From positions 1,337 to 65,336 of the forward strand of contig JANMJU010000026.1 of assembly GCA_031371545.1 (NCBI GenBank): 64,000 nucleotides of DNA, read 5' to 3'. Made by a program: the position numbers and the translations under genes. This DNA is from Chitinophagaceae bacterium (GTDB lineage: Bacteria > Bacteroidota > Bacteroidia > Chitinophagales > Chitinophagaceae). Positions within the stretch are counted from its first letter, which is position 1. Each line of letters opens with the position of its first letter. The notes beneath the pieces are model-generated. The model was given only the letters and a program-made list of their open reading frames with translations, ran no database searches and was not told where the DNA came from. Of this stretch, positions 37,799-48,313 are shown one piece after another.

Positions 37799-39049
37799 TT
37801 AAAAAATTATTCCAATAAGTAAACAGGTGAAGACAATTATTGGTGGGGGTAATTTTGTAAATTTCATTATAAAAAAGGTAAGGACTATCACTGCAATATT
37901 TATAAAACTTTCATAAGTAAATGAGGTAATAGAAATATCTTTCAACAGGTATAAAGAAGCTGCCCACATTAAACCAACCACAACTGCATTAATTCCTTCT
38001 AACGCCCTGAATACTACAACAAATTTTTTGAGATATTGCCAAACAGGGAAAAAGAAAAGTACCAACAATGCACTTGGTAAAAATATTGCCACAGTTCCAA
38101 TTATACAACCCAATGCCTGAAAAGCCACCCCCTTATCTTTTAGAGCAATCCCACCAGTATAAGAAGCAATAGAAAATACAGGTCCCGGTATTGCCCTTAC
38201 CACTCCAGCTCCCGTTAACAATTCATCCCGGTTGATCCTGATAATATTTTGAGTTGAGTCTTTAAACTTTTTTGCAGTTGGCCTTGCTACATATTGATCA
38301 AGCATCATTGGAATTAGGACGTCGCCACCACCAAAAACAAAGCTTCCAAATCGGTAAAAATTTTCAAATAAATTAAATGCCTTTCTATCTTTCCAGTTCT
38401 GCTTTCGGGCTGCCTCACTTAAAAAACCCGCTATTAAAAAGATTAACAGAAACAGCCAAATATTTGTCCATCTTATATTTCGTGGCTTGCCATTTTCCCT
38501 GTCAGGAAAACGCTTATTACTAAAATTAGTAACTATACCTCCCAAAAAAATTAATATTGGAATAACCCAAGGGGTTTTAAATAATAAATAAGTGGAAGCC
38601 ATTGACACCAACATAATAATAAATGTGATAAGGTTATTAACAGAAAATTTAAAAGCCTTATACGCCGCATAAATTAAAAAACCAATGGCCATTTCAGGGA
38701 TAAACTGAAAAATATCTGTTTGCAATTTTACCTCTCCAATACTACCAACTAAAAATGAAAGTAAACCCATTATAGTACAGGCTGGTAATATCCATATTAA
38801 TAATGTTATTACTGCCAAAGGGATACCCCCTCTTTTATAACCGATTAATGTAAGTGTTTGAGTAGATGAAGCACCGGGAAGCATCTGGCAGAAAGAGATA
38901 TATTCCATTAATTCTTCTTTGGTAACATCTCTTCGTTTATCAACAAATGTTTTTAACATCATTCCAAAGTGGCCCTGTGGGCCACCAAAAGCTGTAAGAC
39001 TATGTAAAAGCACAGCTTTAAGAAATGGTATGTGTCTTATAAAACGCAA
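37799..39049 (-). CDS. chrA: Chromate ion transporter (CHR family, duplicated domain)
   Basis: 416 aa. Two homologous halves each contain FGGP/FGGG plus MLPGASS/IPGP motifs. Confidence 0.82.
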   Translation of the reverse strand: MRFIRHIPFLKAVLLHSLTAFGGPQGHFGMMLKTFVDKRRDVTKEELMEYISFCQMLPGASSTQTLTLIGYKRGGIPLAVITLLIWILPACTIMGLLSFLVGSIGEVKLQTDIFQFIPEMAIGFLIYAAYKAFKFSVNNLITFIIMLVSMASTYLLFKTPWVIPILIFLGGIVTNFSNKRFPDRENGKPRNIRWTNIWLFLLIFLIAGFLSEAARKQNWKDRKAFNLFENFYRFGSFVFGGGDVLIPMMLDQYVARPTAKKFKDSTQNIIRINRDELLTGAGVVRAIPGPVFSIASYTGGIALKDKGVAFQALGCIIGTVAIFLPSALLVLFFFPVWQYLKKFVVVFRALEGINAVVVGLMWAASLYLLKDISITSFTYESFINIAVIVLTFFIMKFTKLPPPIIVFTCLLIGIIF

Positions 39050-39166
39050 TTATTGAAAATACAAAATATAAAATTAGTATAAATCAGCAGCACAGTAAAT
39101 ATTCTATTCTATTTTTGAAATTCTGAAACGTAGAACTTTATTTCTTTAAAACAAACTTAGCTGAAA

Positions 39167-40204
39167 ATGCTGCACAAAATTTCTTCCTTCTTTATTTTTA
39201 TAAGTACTGTCATGCTCACCTCCTGCAGTCAAAAAAATTATACCAGTTATAAAGCAAATTATCAATTTAAAAGTATTGATGGAAAACCTGATTACAGTAA
39301 TTTGAATTACTGGGCAGCACATCCTTGGAAATGGGATCCTTCAGACAGCGTACCTACTCCTTTAAAAACCAATTATATAAAAGATTCTGCAGCAGATGTT
39401 TTTTTTATTCACCCCACCACATTAATTGATAACAATGATGATAGATGGAATGCACCTATTGATGATTCCATCATTAATAGAAAAACCGATTATTCTACTA
39501 TTCTCTACCAAGCAAGTGTATTCAATCAAAACTGCAGGGTATTTTCTCCCAGGTACAGACAAGCGCATTTAAGAGCCTTTTTTAATGATAATAAATTGAA
39601 AGATTCATTGGCTTTTGAGATAGCATACAGCGATATTAAAAAGGCGTTTGAATATTATCTAACTAATTTTAATGATGGCAGACCAATAATTATTGCATCG
39701 CATAGTCAGGGTACAATACATGCCGGCAGGCTGCTAAAAGAATATTTTGAAGGCAAAAATTTACAAAATAAATTAATTTGCGCCTACCTGATTGGAATGC
39801 CCACTCCTGAAAATTATTTCACCAAAATACCACCCTGCAAAGATTCTTTGTCAACAGGCTGTTTTGTTGGGTGGCGTACTTTCAAAAAAAATTATGTTGA
39901 TACAACTTATATCAGCAAAGAGAAATTTAGAAGTATTGTAATAAATCCACTTACCTGGACGACAACCCTTAGTTATGTATCCTCAACAATAAATACCGGT
40001 GGAGTATTAAAAAATTTTAATAAAATAAAAAAAGGAGTGGTGGATGCTCAAATACATGACAATATATTATGGACCTGTAAACCAAAATTTTTTGGCAATA
40101 TTTTCCTTACTAAAAAAAATTACCATGTGGGAGATATCAATCTTTTTTATACCAATATAAGAGAGAATGTAAATACAAGAATAAAAATGTTTAGCAAAAA
40201 TTAA
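39167..40204 (+). CDS. DUF3089-like alpha/beta-hydrolase-fold lipoprotein
   Basis: Lipobox [15 protein letters not shown] and nucleophile-elbow-like IIASHSQGT. Confidence 0.6.
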   Translation: MLHKISSFFIFISTVMLTSCSQKNYTSYKANYQFKSIDGKPDYSNLNYWAAHPWKWDPSDSVPTPLKTNYIKDSAADVFFIHPTTLIDNNDDRWNAPIDDSIINRKTDYSTILYQASVFNQNCRVFSPRYRQAHLRAFFNDNKLKDSLAFEIAYSDIKKAFEYYLTNFNDGRPIIIASHSQGTIHAGRLLKEYFEGKNLQNKLICAYLIGMPTPENYFTKIPPCKDSLSTGCFVGWRTFKKNYVDTTYISKEKFRSIVINPLTWTTTLSYVSSTINTGGVLKNFNKIKKGVVDAQIHDNILWTCKPKFFGNIFLTKKNYHVGDINLFYTNIRENVNTRIKMFSKN

Positions 40205-41205
40205 AGACCGTATCGTTTACTTATCTCCAGCATTCTTTCAATTGGTTTTGCGGCAGCAACTCTTAATTCCTCATCCATTAAAATCTCCGGTGTTTCGTAT
40301 TCCATACATAAGTACAGTTTCTCCAGTGTATTTAATTTCATGTGGGGGCAATCATTACAGGCACAGCTATTATTTGGCGGAGCTGGTATAAAAGTTTTAG
40401 CAGGGTTACTCTTTTGCATCTGGTGCAGTATACCTGTTTCAGTAACTACTATAAATTCATCAGCATCATTTTGTTGAGAGTATTTTAATAATCCAGTTGT
40501 ACTTCCAATATAATCTGCTACAGCCAACACTGCTTCTTCACATTCAGGATGTGCTATCACTTTGGCTTTAGGGTGCCTTATTTTTAACTTAACAATTTTT
40601 TCCAGGCTAAATATTTCATGCACCATGCAGGAACCATTCCATAATACCATATTCCTTCCTGTCTTCTTATTTAGATAAGAACCTAAATTTTTATCAGGTG
40701 CAAAAATTATCTTTTGCTCTGCTGGTAAACTATCTAAAATTTTTTCTGCATTACTGCTGGTGCAAATAATATCACTTAACGCTTTCATCCCGGCAGAGCA
40801 GTTTACATAAGTAATAACAAGATGATCTGGGTATTTATCTTTAAACAATTTGAATAGTGCCGGAGGAGCACTGTCACTTAAAGAGCAACCTGCTTTCAAA
40901 TCAGGCAACAATACTTTTTTATTTGGATTCAATATTTTAGCAGTTTCCCCCATGAAGTGTACACCTGCAAATACTATTATATCGGCTTCTGTTTTTTCTG
41001 CCTGTTGTGCAAGCCCAAGACTATCTCCAATAAAGTCTGCCACATCCTGAATATCCGGCTCCTGGTAATAATGTGCCAGGATGATTGTATTCTTTTCTTT
41101 TTTCAGGCGTTCAATTTCTGCAAATAAATCAATACTGGCATCTAGCTCAATATCAAGGAAACCTATTTCTTCTACTTTTGATTTTGCAATGTTAATATCT
41201 GTCAT
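40201..41205 (-). CDS. nadA: Quinolinate synthase
   Basis: 334 aa. [19 protein letters not shown] and the conserved Cys pattern including CNDCPHM. Confidence 0.92.
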   Translation of the reverse strand: MTDINIAKSKVEEIGFLDIELDASIDLFAEIERLKKEKNTIILAHYYQEPDIQDVADFIGDSLGLAQQAEKTEADIIVFAGVHFMGETAKILNPNKKVLLPDLKAGCSLSDSAPPALFKLFKDKYPDHLVITYVNCSAGMKALSDIICTSSNAEKILDSLPAEQKIIFAPDKNLGSYLNKKTGRNMVLWNGSCMVHEIFSLEKIVKLKIRHPKAKVIAHPECEEAVLAVADYIGSTTGLLKYSQQNDADEFIVVTETGILHQMQKSNPAKTFIPAPPNNSCACNDCPHMKLNTLEKLYLCMEYETPEILMDEELRVAAAKPIERMLEISKRYGL

Positions 41206-41881
41206 AGTATTTTTTAATAATTTTTTTATTTAAGTAAACATACTATTACTAGGGATGTGAATTTGTGGAAACAAATTTTTATAATCTTTTGTAAAGTTAA
41301 ATTAATCGTCTTTTCCACCATCATCCACAGGTAATTAACATTATTCATTTAAGGAATGTTTATCTGTACACCTATATTCATGTTGTTTATTGAATTATCA
41401 AACTATTACTTTTTAACAGCCGTTAATAAAATATAGTGAGGATAATAAAATTACTTTATTCAAGTTTATCTATGTTAATGAGCTACCTGATAAATATTTT
41501 TTCTTCCAGTCAAAATACTTTTTTCAATAAACAAGGGCTCATTTATACTATATATTTCCCCCAATTTTAAAATAAAACCTGCTGTTATCAACATAAAAAA
41601 TCGGTAATTCACAGCAGATGTTAATAATAGCTTTTATCAAAACCAAATACTGTATTGTTTTGATTTACCAGCCGATATTATATAAAATGTAAGTTGCTGC
41701 TATTTCATTAAAAAAGCAAGATCATACATACAAAGAACATTTTTTTAGAATAAGCATAACCGGTCACCGATTTTAAAGCGCTTACCGAAGCTGAATCATA
41801 GCCAATTTTGATTGTTTATTTTTTGGGGATAAATATAGTTTTTTACCCTATTTTTGCCCTCCATTTTAACTAAAATAACAA

Positions 41882-44020
41882 ATGCAGATTATTCAAAAAA
41901 TTCGTGACAAAGGCGCTGCCATTGTAATTGGTGTGATTGCCCTTAGCTTAATTGGTTTTATTTTGATGGATGCAAACCTGGGTGCCAACCGCAGTTCGGC
42001 TTCAGGCGCTAACAGCATCGGTAAAATTAATGGAGTAGCGGTAGAAAGTAAAGACTACCAGGAAAAGATAAAACAAATTGAAGAACAATATGGTGGACGT
42101 ATCAGCGGACCACAGGTATATTACATTCGCAATAATGCCTGGGATCAGATAGTAACTGAAAGAGTACTGAGTGATGAGTTTGATAAACTCGGCCTCAGCT
42201 TTTCACCAAAAGAGTTAACCAGCATCATGTTTAGTGACGATGCTCCACAAACATTAAAGCAGGCCTTTACCGACAAAGCCAGCGGACAATACGACATTTC
42301 CAAAGTACAGCAATGGTGGCAGGGAGCAAAAAAATCAAAAGGCGATCAGAGAGATGCGTTGGTTAAGCAAATTGTGGAACCATTGGTATTACAAACACTG
42401 GCAACCAAATACAGCAGCCTCATTGCAGCCAGTGGTTATTATCCGGCCTGGATGAAAGAAAAAGAAAATGCAGAAAGTAAAACCTTTGCCAACATTTCTT
42501 ATGTAGCAGTACCTTATAGTGTAATAACTGACAGCACGGTAAAAGTTGGTGATGAAGATATTACTGACTATGTAAGCAAACATAAAGCAATGTATAAGCA
42601 GGATGGCGGAAGGCAAATAGCTTATGTAGCTTTTAGTGCTAACCCGAATGCAGCCGATACCGCAGCAGCATTAGAATCAGTAACTTCTTTAAAAACTGCA
42701 TTTGCTGCAGATACCAATGCAAAAGTTTTTGTGACAAAAAATATGACTGCCAAACCTTTTGATGATGCCTATATTCCAAAATCAAAATTAACCATGGCAC
42801 AGAAAGATACGATTGCCTCATTGTCAAAAGATGCAGTATTTGGCCCTTACCAGGATGGAAAAGATTTTGTGATGGCAAAAATGATTGGCACCAAAATATT
42901 ACCAGACTCTATTAAATGCAGACACATATTAATAGGCACAGTAGACAGGCAGAGCGGACAACCAACAATGGCAGACAGCATCGCCAAAAAACGTATTGAC
43001 AGTATTGAACTGGCTATTAAAGGGGGAGCAAATTTTGATGAACTGGAAGCAAAATATTCTACCGATGAAGCTGCACATAAAGACAAAGGCGTAATGACTT
43101 TTGATATTGCATCAATACAGGACAAAGAAAAATTTGCTACAGAATTCGGAGATTTTTTACTGAATGAAAAAGGCGAGACAAAGAAGGCTGTAAAGACTGG
43201 TTTTGGTTGGCACTATATTGAGATAATGCAAAAAATGAATCCATCACCTGCATATAAAATAGCTTACCTGGCCAAAGAAATTTCTGCAAGCGAAGAAACT
43301 ATCAATAGTGCCAATGCCAAAGCAAGTAAATTATCTGGCGAGGTAAGAGATATAAAAGCATTGGATGCTTATGTTGCAAAAAATGGTTTGCAAAAAGTAG
43401 ATGTGCCCAATGTGATTAAAGAAAACGATTTTCAGGTGGGTGCTTTGCAGGAAGCCAGGGAATTGGTAAAGTGGGCATTTGGAGCCAAGCAGGGAGAAGT
43501 GAGTGAGACACAATTTAAAATTGGGGAACAGTATGTGGTAGGTGCAGTAACTAAAATACAGCCCGAAGGTTTGCCTGATGCAAAAGCTGCCAGGCCAATG
43601 GTAGAGCTTATTGTACGCAATCTTAAAAAAGCGGAACAGATCAAAACCAAATTAACGGCTACACCAACTTTAGAATCCGCTGCTGCTGCTTACAGTGTGA
43701 AGGCTGCAACTGCAGGTGCCGATTCTTCAATCACATTCAATGCAAGTATCATCAATGGAATTGGACAGGAACCAAAACTTATTGGCGCCTCATTTAATAA
43801 AGCATACCAAACAAAAGTATCTGAACCAATTGCAGGTATCAATGGTGTGTATGTATTAAAAGTAAACAGCCAGGGAACAAAGGCTGCTGATGCACCTGAA
43901 GTTGCTGCTAAAAAAGCCAACGACAGAACAAAAACTTTAGCACAGCAAATTAGTTCCGGCTGGTTTGAGTCATTGAAAAAATTAGCAGTGATCAAAGATG
44001 AAAGAAGCAAGTTTAATTAG
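41882..44020 (+). CDS. Periplasmic chaperone / peptidyl-prolyl isomerase (PpiD/SurA-N-domain family)
   Basis: 712 aa. N-terminal membrane anchor (AAIVIGVIALSLIGFILM) and a parvulin-like segment (CRHILIG...GFGWHYIE). Confidence 0.8.
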   Translation: MQIIQKIRDKGAAIVIGVIALSLIGFILMDANLGANRSSASGANSIGKINGVAVESKDYQEKIKQIEEQYGGRISGPQVYYIRNNAWDQIVTERVLSDEFDKLGLSFSPKELTSIMFSDDAPQTLKQAFTDKASGQYDISKVQQWWQGAKKSKGDQRDALVKQIVEPLVLQTLATKYSSLIAASGYYPAWMKEKENAESKTFANISYVAVPYSVITDSTVKVGDEDITDYVSKHKAMYKQDGGRQIAYVAFSANPNAADTAAALESVTSLKTAFAADTNAKVFVTKNMTAKPFDDAYIPKSKLTMAQKDTIASLSKDAVFGPYQDGKDFVMAKMIGTKILPDSIKCRHILIGTVDRQSGQPTMADSIAKKRIDSIELAIKGGANFDELEAKYSTDEAAHKDKGVMTFDIASIQDKEKFATEFGDFLLNEKGETKKAVKTGFGWHYIEIMQKMNPSPAYKIAYLAKEISASEETINSANAKASKLSGEVRDIKALDAYVAKNGLQKVDVPNVIKENDFQVGALQEARELVKWAFGAKQGEVSETQFKIGEQYVVGAVTKIQPEGLPDAKAARPMVELIVRNLKKAEQIKTKLTATPTLESAAAAYSVKAATAGADSSITFNASIINGIGQEPKLIGASFNKAYQTKVSEPIAGINGVYVLKVNSQGTKAADAPEVAAKKANDRTKTLAQQISSGWFESLKKLAVIKDERSKFN

Positions 44021-44040
44021 TAGAGAATAAAATTTTTTAA

Positions 44041-44074
44041 ACAGCCCCTGATTTATCAGGGGCTGTTTTGTTTT
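44041..44074 (+). terminator. Intrinsic terminator after the PpiD-like gene
   Basis: CAGCCCCTGA-TTTA-TCAGGGGCTG hairpin followed by TTTTGTTTT. Confidence 0.85.
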
Positions 44075-44164
44075 ATAAAAATTTAATTTTTTACCGAATT
44101 AATTATTCCGATTATCGAAACACCCCGGGATATTGCTCAATTTTAATAATTGTAAATTTGCAGG

Positions 44165-44671
44165 ATGGACGAAGCATTAATAAATAAAGTAAGCGAAAGC
44201 GCTTTGGTCACTGTTAACCTGGAAGATTATTATCCGGCAGAACTTATTGCTGTTTTTGATATGAAGGATTATTTATTCATGGGGCTTATTTTAAAAGAAA
44301 AAGATTTTAGGGAAGCATTAAAAAATCTTGACCTTACTCCTTTCACAAATAAAGCAGTTGCGGTTACCTGTTCGGCTGATGCAGTTATTCCAATGTGGGC
44401 CTATATGCTGGTGGCCAGTAGCCTGCAGCCAGTAGCAAAAGAAGTGGTTTTTGGAACGGAAGAGGAACTGAAAAAACAATTGCTGTTAAAAAATATTGAA
44501 GCACTTCCGGTAAATGAGTTTGCCGATAAACGGGTGGTGATAAAAGGTTGCGGCGATTTGCCTATTGGTGAAGCAGCCTACTTACTGGCAACAAAATTAT
44601 TAAGGCCCGTTGCCAAAAGTATCATGTATGGCGAACCCTGCAGTACCGTTCCTATTTTCAAAAAAAAATAA
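44165..44671 (+). CDS. DUF2480-like protein
   Basis: 168 aa. The N-terminus (INKVSESALVTVNLEDYYP) resembles what I recall of DUF2480 proteins from Bacteroidota; this is a memory-based call. Confidence 0.45.
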   Translation: MDEALINKVSESALVTVNLEDYYPAELIAVFDMKDYLFMGLILKEKDFREALKNLDLTPFTNKAVAVTCSADAVIPMWAYMLVASSLQPVAKEVVFGTEEELKKQLLLKNIEALPVNEFADKRVVIKGCGDLPIGEAAYLLATKLLRPVAKSIMYGEPCSTVPIFKKK

Positions 44672-44725
44672 TCAGGTTTTATTTTTATCTTCATACACTA
44701 TCTTTCCATCCTATTCTTTTATTGA

Positions 44726-45367
44726 ATGATTGATGCTTTAAATTCTTTTGCAAAAGGTTTTGCTATTAGCTTACTGCTGGTTTTTTCAGTAGGGCCGCTT
44801 GTATTCACCATTATCAAACAAAGCATTAATAATGGAAGGGCAGGTGGCTTCAGTTTTGTAGGCGGTATCTGGCTCAGCGATGTAATGTGGGTGATACTCA
44901 GCAACGCCTTTTCTGAATTGGTAATGCAAATGCTGCACTTCAAAAAGGAAATTGGTTTTACGGGCAGTATGTTTTTAATAGCAATGGGTGTGTATTTTCT
45001 TTTCTTTAAAAAAATACACTTTAAAGAAGATGAAGATAAAATTGTTATTACCACCCGTACACATGCCAAGCTGGTGCTGTCTGGTTTTTTAATCAATGCA
45101 CTCAATCCGGGTGTAATGATTTTTTGGCTTACAACTGCCACCACCATTGCCGCCACACACACAGTGAAACAGCGGATAATAATTTTTACCACCTGTCTCA
45201 TCGTCAATACCAGCGTGGATATTTTAAAAGTATTGCTGGCCGGTAAAATAAGAAAGCGGATGAATGAAAAAAATATTTCTTTGATCAATAAAATTTCAGG
45301 CGCCCTTTTGCTGGGGTTTGGTATTGTTTTAATGTTTGGTGTTTTTTATGCAGCAGAAAAACTTTAA
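44726..45367 (+). CDS. LysE family amino-acid exporter
   Basis: 213 aa with six hydrophobic helices. N-terminal GFAISLLLVFSVGP and mid-protein NPGVMIFW motifs. Confidence 0.7.
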   Translation: MIDALNSFAKGFAISLLLVFSVGPLVFTIIKQSINNGRAGGFSFVGGIWLSDVMWVILSNAFSELVMQMLHFKKEIGFTGSMFLIAMGVYFLFFKKIHFKEDEDKIVITTRTHAKLVLSGFLINALNPGVMIFWLTTATTIAATHTVKQRIIIFTTCLIVNTSVDILKVLLAGKIRKRMNEKNISLINKISGALLLGFGIVLMFGVFYAAEKL

Positions 45368-45401
45368 CGGATATTTTTCCCGGTAGTTTATAAATTACAG
45401 T

Positions 45402-45953
45402 ATGAAACAACTGTTACTTTTATTCTCCATTTTTATCAGCAGCCAAACATTTGCCCAGCCATCCGATTTTATTTTATTGAAAAAAAATAACCGTACTGTT
45501 ACCAGTTTTTTTGCCGGCGGTACCATCAATTTTACTTCTCTTTCCGGCGCCTATATAGAAGCGAATATCACTGCAATAAAAAATGATACCCTCTTTTTAA
45601 AAGAATACATTGTAAGGCAAATGCCAACACAGCTGGGTATTTATATTTTAGATACCAGTTTTTATTATGCTCAATATCATTACAACGAGATTAAAGCAAT
45701 TGGTAAAACAGGAAGGCATTTTGACTGGGCTGGCAGCGGAGCTGCTTTGATGGGTGGTGGCGCATTGCTTACTGTTGCAAGTGGCGTTATATTTTTGGCT
45801 GATAATAAAAAATTCAGCCCGGAGCTGTTGGGTGCATCTGTTGTATTGGTGGGTGTGGGATATTTATTATCAAAGACATGCGCCAAGGGGATGGAGATAG
45901 GAAAAAAATATTCACTGGTATATATCAAAGCTGCTGAAAATAAAAAGGGCTAA
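45402..45953 (+). CDS. Hypothetical exported/membrane protein
   Basis: Signal peptide MKQLLLLFSIFISSQTFAQ and two C-terminal Gly-rich hydrophobic helices. Confidence 0.45.
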   Translation: MKQLLLLFSIFISSQTFAQPSDFILLKKNNRTVTSFFAGGTINFTSLSGAYIEANITAIKNDTLFLKEYIVRQMPTQLGIYILDTSFYYAQYHYNEIKAIGKTGRHFDWAGSGAALMGGGALLTVASGVIFLADNKKFSPELLGASVVLVGVGYLLSKTCAKGMEIGKKYSLVYIKAAENKKG

Positions 45954-45989
45954 AAATTTATCTTGCACAAAAATAACCTTCACTAATCT

Positions 45990-46715
45990 ATGCAGAAAGC
46001 CTGGCGCATTTTTAAAAAAGTTTTCCTGTGGCTTTTTATTTTGCAGTTTATTTATATCCTCTTTTGTAAATGGGTCAATCCACCCATCACCATTACGCAG
46101 GCTGTAAATTTTATCCAGGGCAATGGATTGAACAGGGATTATATTTCTTTTGATGAAATGGGCAGCAATATTAAACTGGCAGTAATTGCCAGCGAAGACC
46201 AGCTGTTTCCAGGCCACGAAGGTTTTGATACGGTAGCAATAAAAAAAGCATTGAAGTATAATGAAAAGCATACCAAAACAAAACGTGGTGGCAGCACCAT
46301 TAGCCAGCAGGTGGCCAAAAATGTTTTTCTGTGGCAGCACGGAGGCTATATACGCAAAGGGTTTGAAGTATATTTTACTTTTATGATTGAAAAAATATGG
46401 AGTAAAAAAAGAATTTTAGAAACCTACCTCAATGTGGCAGAAATGGGCAAAGGAATTTTTGGTGTGCAGGCCGCCGCTAAAACTTATTTCAATAAAAATG
46501 CCAAAGACCTCACCCCTACAGAGGCGGCGATGATTGCGTCCTTTCTGCCCAACCCAAAAGTATATTCAATAAAGCCCTACCGAAAAAATGTGGTGAACCG
46601 CTATAATAATATTTTGCGGCAGATGAATAATTTGGATGGGGATGAAGAGATTGATGAATTGGTGAAACAATTTCCAGCAAAAAATAATAATAATAAAAGC
46701 GAAGAAAAAAAATAA
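45990..46715 (+). CDS. mtgA: Monofunctional peptidoglycan glycosyltransferase
   Basis: GT51 motifs ASEDQLFPGHEGFD, GGSTISQQVAKN and RILETYLNVAEMG. Confidence 0.9.
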   Translation: MQKAWRIFKKVFLWLFILQFIYILFCKWVNPPITITQAVNFIQGNGLNRDYISFDEMGSNIKLAVIASEDQLFPGHEGFDTVAIKKALKYNEKHTKTKRGGSTISQQVAKNVFLWQHGGYIRKGFEVYFTFMIEKIWSKKRILETYLNVAEMGKGIFGVQAAAKTYFNKNAKDLTPTEAAMIASFLPNPKVYSIKPYRKNVVNRYNNILRQMNNLDGDEEIDELVKQFPAKNNNNKSEEKK

Positions 46716-46962
46716 GAACACCATCTAAAAACCCTTATCAAAAAGATTTTACAGCCCTGTATTTTATCAATTAAAAACCCATCAAAAAACAAAACCCTAC
46801 CTTCGCAGCCTACACCACACAGATATACGGCAGGTTGTAAGCCGGTGTGATAAAAAATTTCCTTCGCTGATTCAGAAAATACAACGTCTTTCCAGCCTTA
46901 TAAAAATTAAACCATTCAATGGCATTTAAAAAATTAGAATTAATTGAACCCACCTGAAAGCA

Positions 46963-48183
46963 TTGGCTGATGAAGGATACACTACACCCACTCCCATTCA
47001 GCAACAGGCAATACCGCTGGTGCTGGAAAAAAGAGACCTGCTTGGTTGTGCACAAACCGGCACCGGAAAAACCGCTGCTTTTGCAATTCCTATTTTACAA
47101 TTACTGTACAATGAAAACAGCAATGAAAAAGGCAGGCGCAATATTAAAGTGCTGATACTAACGCCAACAAGAGAGCTGGCAATACAAATAGATGAAAGCT
47201 TTGCGGCGTACGGGAGATATACCGGGCTTACTCATGCAGTAATTTTTGGTGGCGTATCACAATTGCATCAAACCAACCAATTAAGAAATGGCGTGGATAT
47301 TTTAGTAGCCACACCCGGCAGGTTATTAGACTTAATGAGCCAGGGTTATGTTGGCTTACAGCATTTAAAAATATTTGTACTGGATGAAGCAGACCGAATG
47401 CTGGACATGGGCTTTATCCATGATGTAAAAAGAGTGATCATCAAATTGCCTGCAAAAAGACAAACACTTTTCTTTTCGGCCACTATGCCGCCAGAGATAC
47501 AAACATTGGCGAATGTATTGCTCACTAATCCTGCAAAAGTGGAAGTGACACCGGTATCATCTACTGTAGATACAATTGATCAGAGTTTGTTTTATGTAGA
47601 TAAAAAAAATAAACCCGACCTGTTATTGTACCTGCTCAAAAATCACAACATTCCATCGGCACTTGTTTTTACCAGGACAAAACATGGCGCAGATAAACTG
47701 GTGAAAATTTTACACCGGGAACATATTGGTGCAGCTGCAATACACGGCAACAAATCGCAAAATGCAAGACAAAATGCGTTGAGTAATTTTAAGAATGGCC
47801 AGCTGAAAGTATTGGTGGCAACAGATATTGCAGCAAGGGGAATTGATATTGACGATCTGACGCATGTAATTAATTTTGAACTGCCCGAAGTACCTGAAAC
47901 TTATGTACACCGCATTGGCCGTACCGGAAGAGCCGGTAACCTGGGCACTGCATTTTCTTTTTGTGATCATGAAGAAAAAGATGATCTGCGGATGATTCAG
48001 AAACTGATTACTAAAAATATTCCTGTAACCGACAGTCATCCTTATCCACTGAGCGCTGCTTCTTTTGCACCAGCGCCAGCCATGCCCCCACAAAACAGGA
48101 ATGGACAAAGGCCGCAGCAACAGGGCAGGTGGAGCGGTGGCAGAGGAAACAGCAACCAGCCGCAGCAAAAAAGAAGATACTAA
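46963..48183 (+). CDS. DEAD-box ATP-dependent RNA helicase (RhlE-like); 5' end displaced by an apparent 1-nt frameshift
   Basis: GYTTPTPIQ (Q motif), AQTGTGKT, VLDEADRMLDMGF, SAT and HRIGRTGRAG, with an R/G/Q-rich tail. The canonical N-terminus MAFKKLELIEPT is encoded at 46919-46954 in another frame. Confidence 0.9.
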   Translation: MADEGYTTPTPIQQQAIPLVLEKRDLLGCAQTGTGKTAAFAIPILQLLYNENSNEKGRRNIKVLILTPTRELAIQIDESFAAYGRYTGLTHAVIFGGVSQLHQTNQLRNGVDILVATPGRLLDLMSQGYVGLQHLKIFVLDEADRMLDMGFIHDVKRVIIKLPAKRQTLFFSATMPPEIQTLANVLLTNPAKVEVTPVSSTVDTIDQSLFYVDKKNKPDLLLYLLKNHNIPSALVFTRTKHGADKLVKILHREHIGAAAIHGNKSQNARQNALSNFKNGQLKVLVATDIAARGIDIDDLTHVINFELPEVPETYVHRIGRTGRAGNLGTAFSFCDHEEKDDLRMIQKLITKNIPVTDSHPYPLSAASFAPAPAMPPQNRNGQRPQQQGRWSGGRGNSNQPQQKRRY

Positions 48184-48313
48184 TAGATTATAATGAAAGT
48201 GGCCGCTCTTTGATTTTGTGTAGTGAAAAACTGCCATCAGAGTTCGGCCTTTTTTATGTGAAGAAAGGAACGGTAAAATTGTGTTACTAATAGTAATTTT
48301 GTAAGGAACAATC

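Noticed and set aside
44719-45288. 189-aa ORF on the minus strand
   Set aside because: It lies entirely antisense to the LysE-family gene (44726-45367), which has a coherent six-helix membrane profile. The antisense product is low-complexity with no motif, so it is a shadow ORF.
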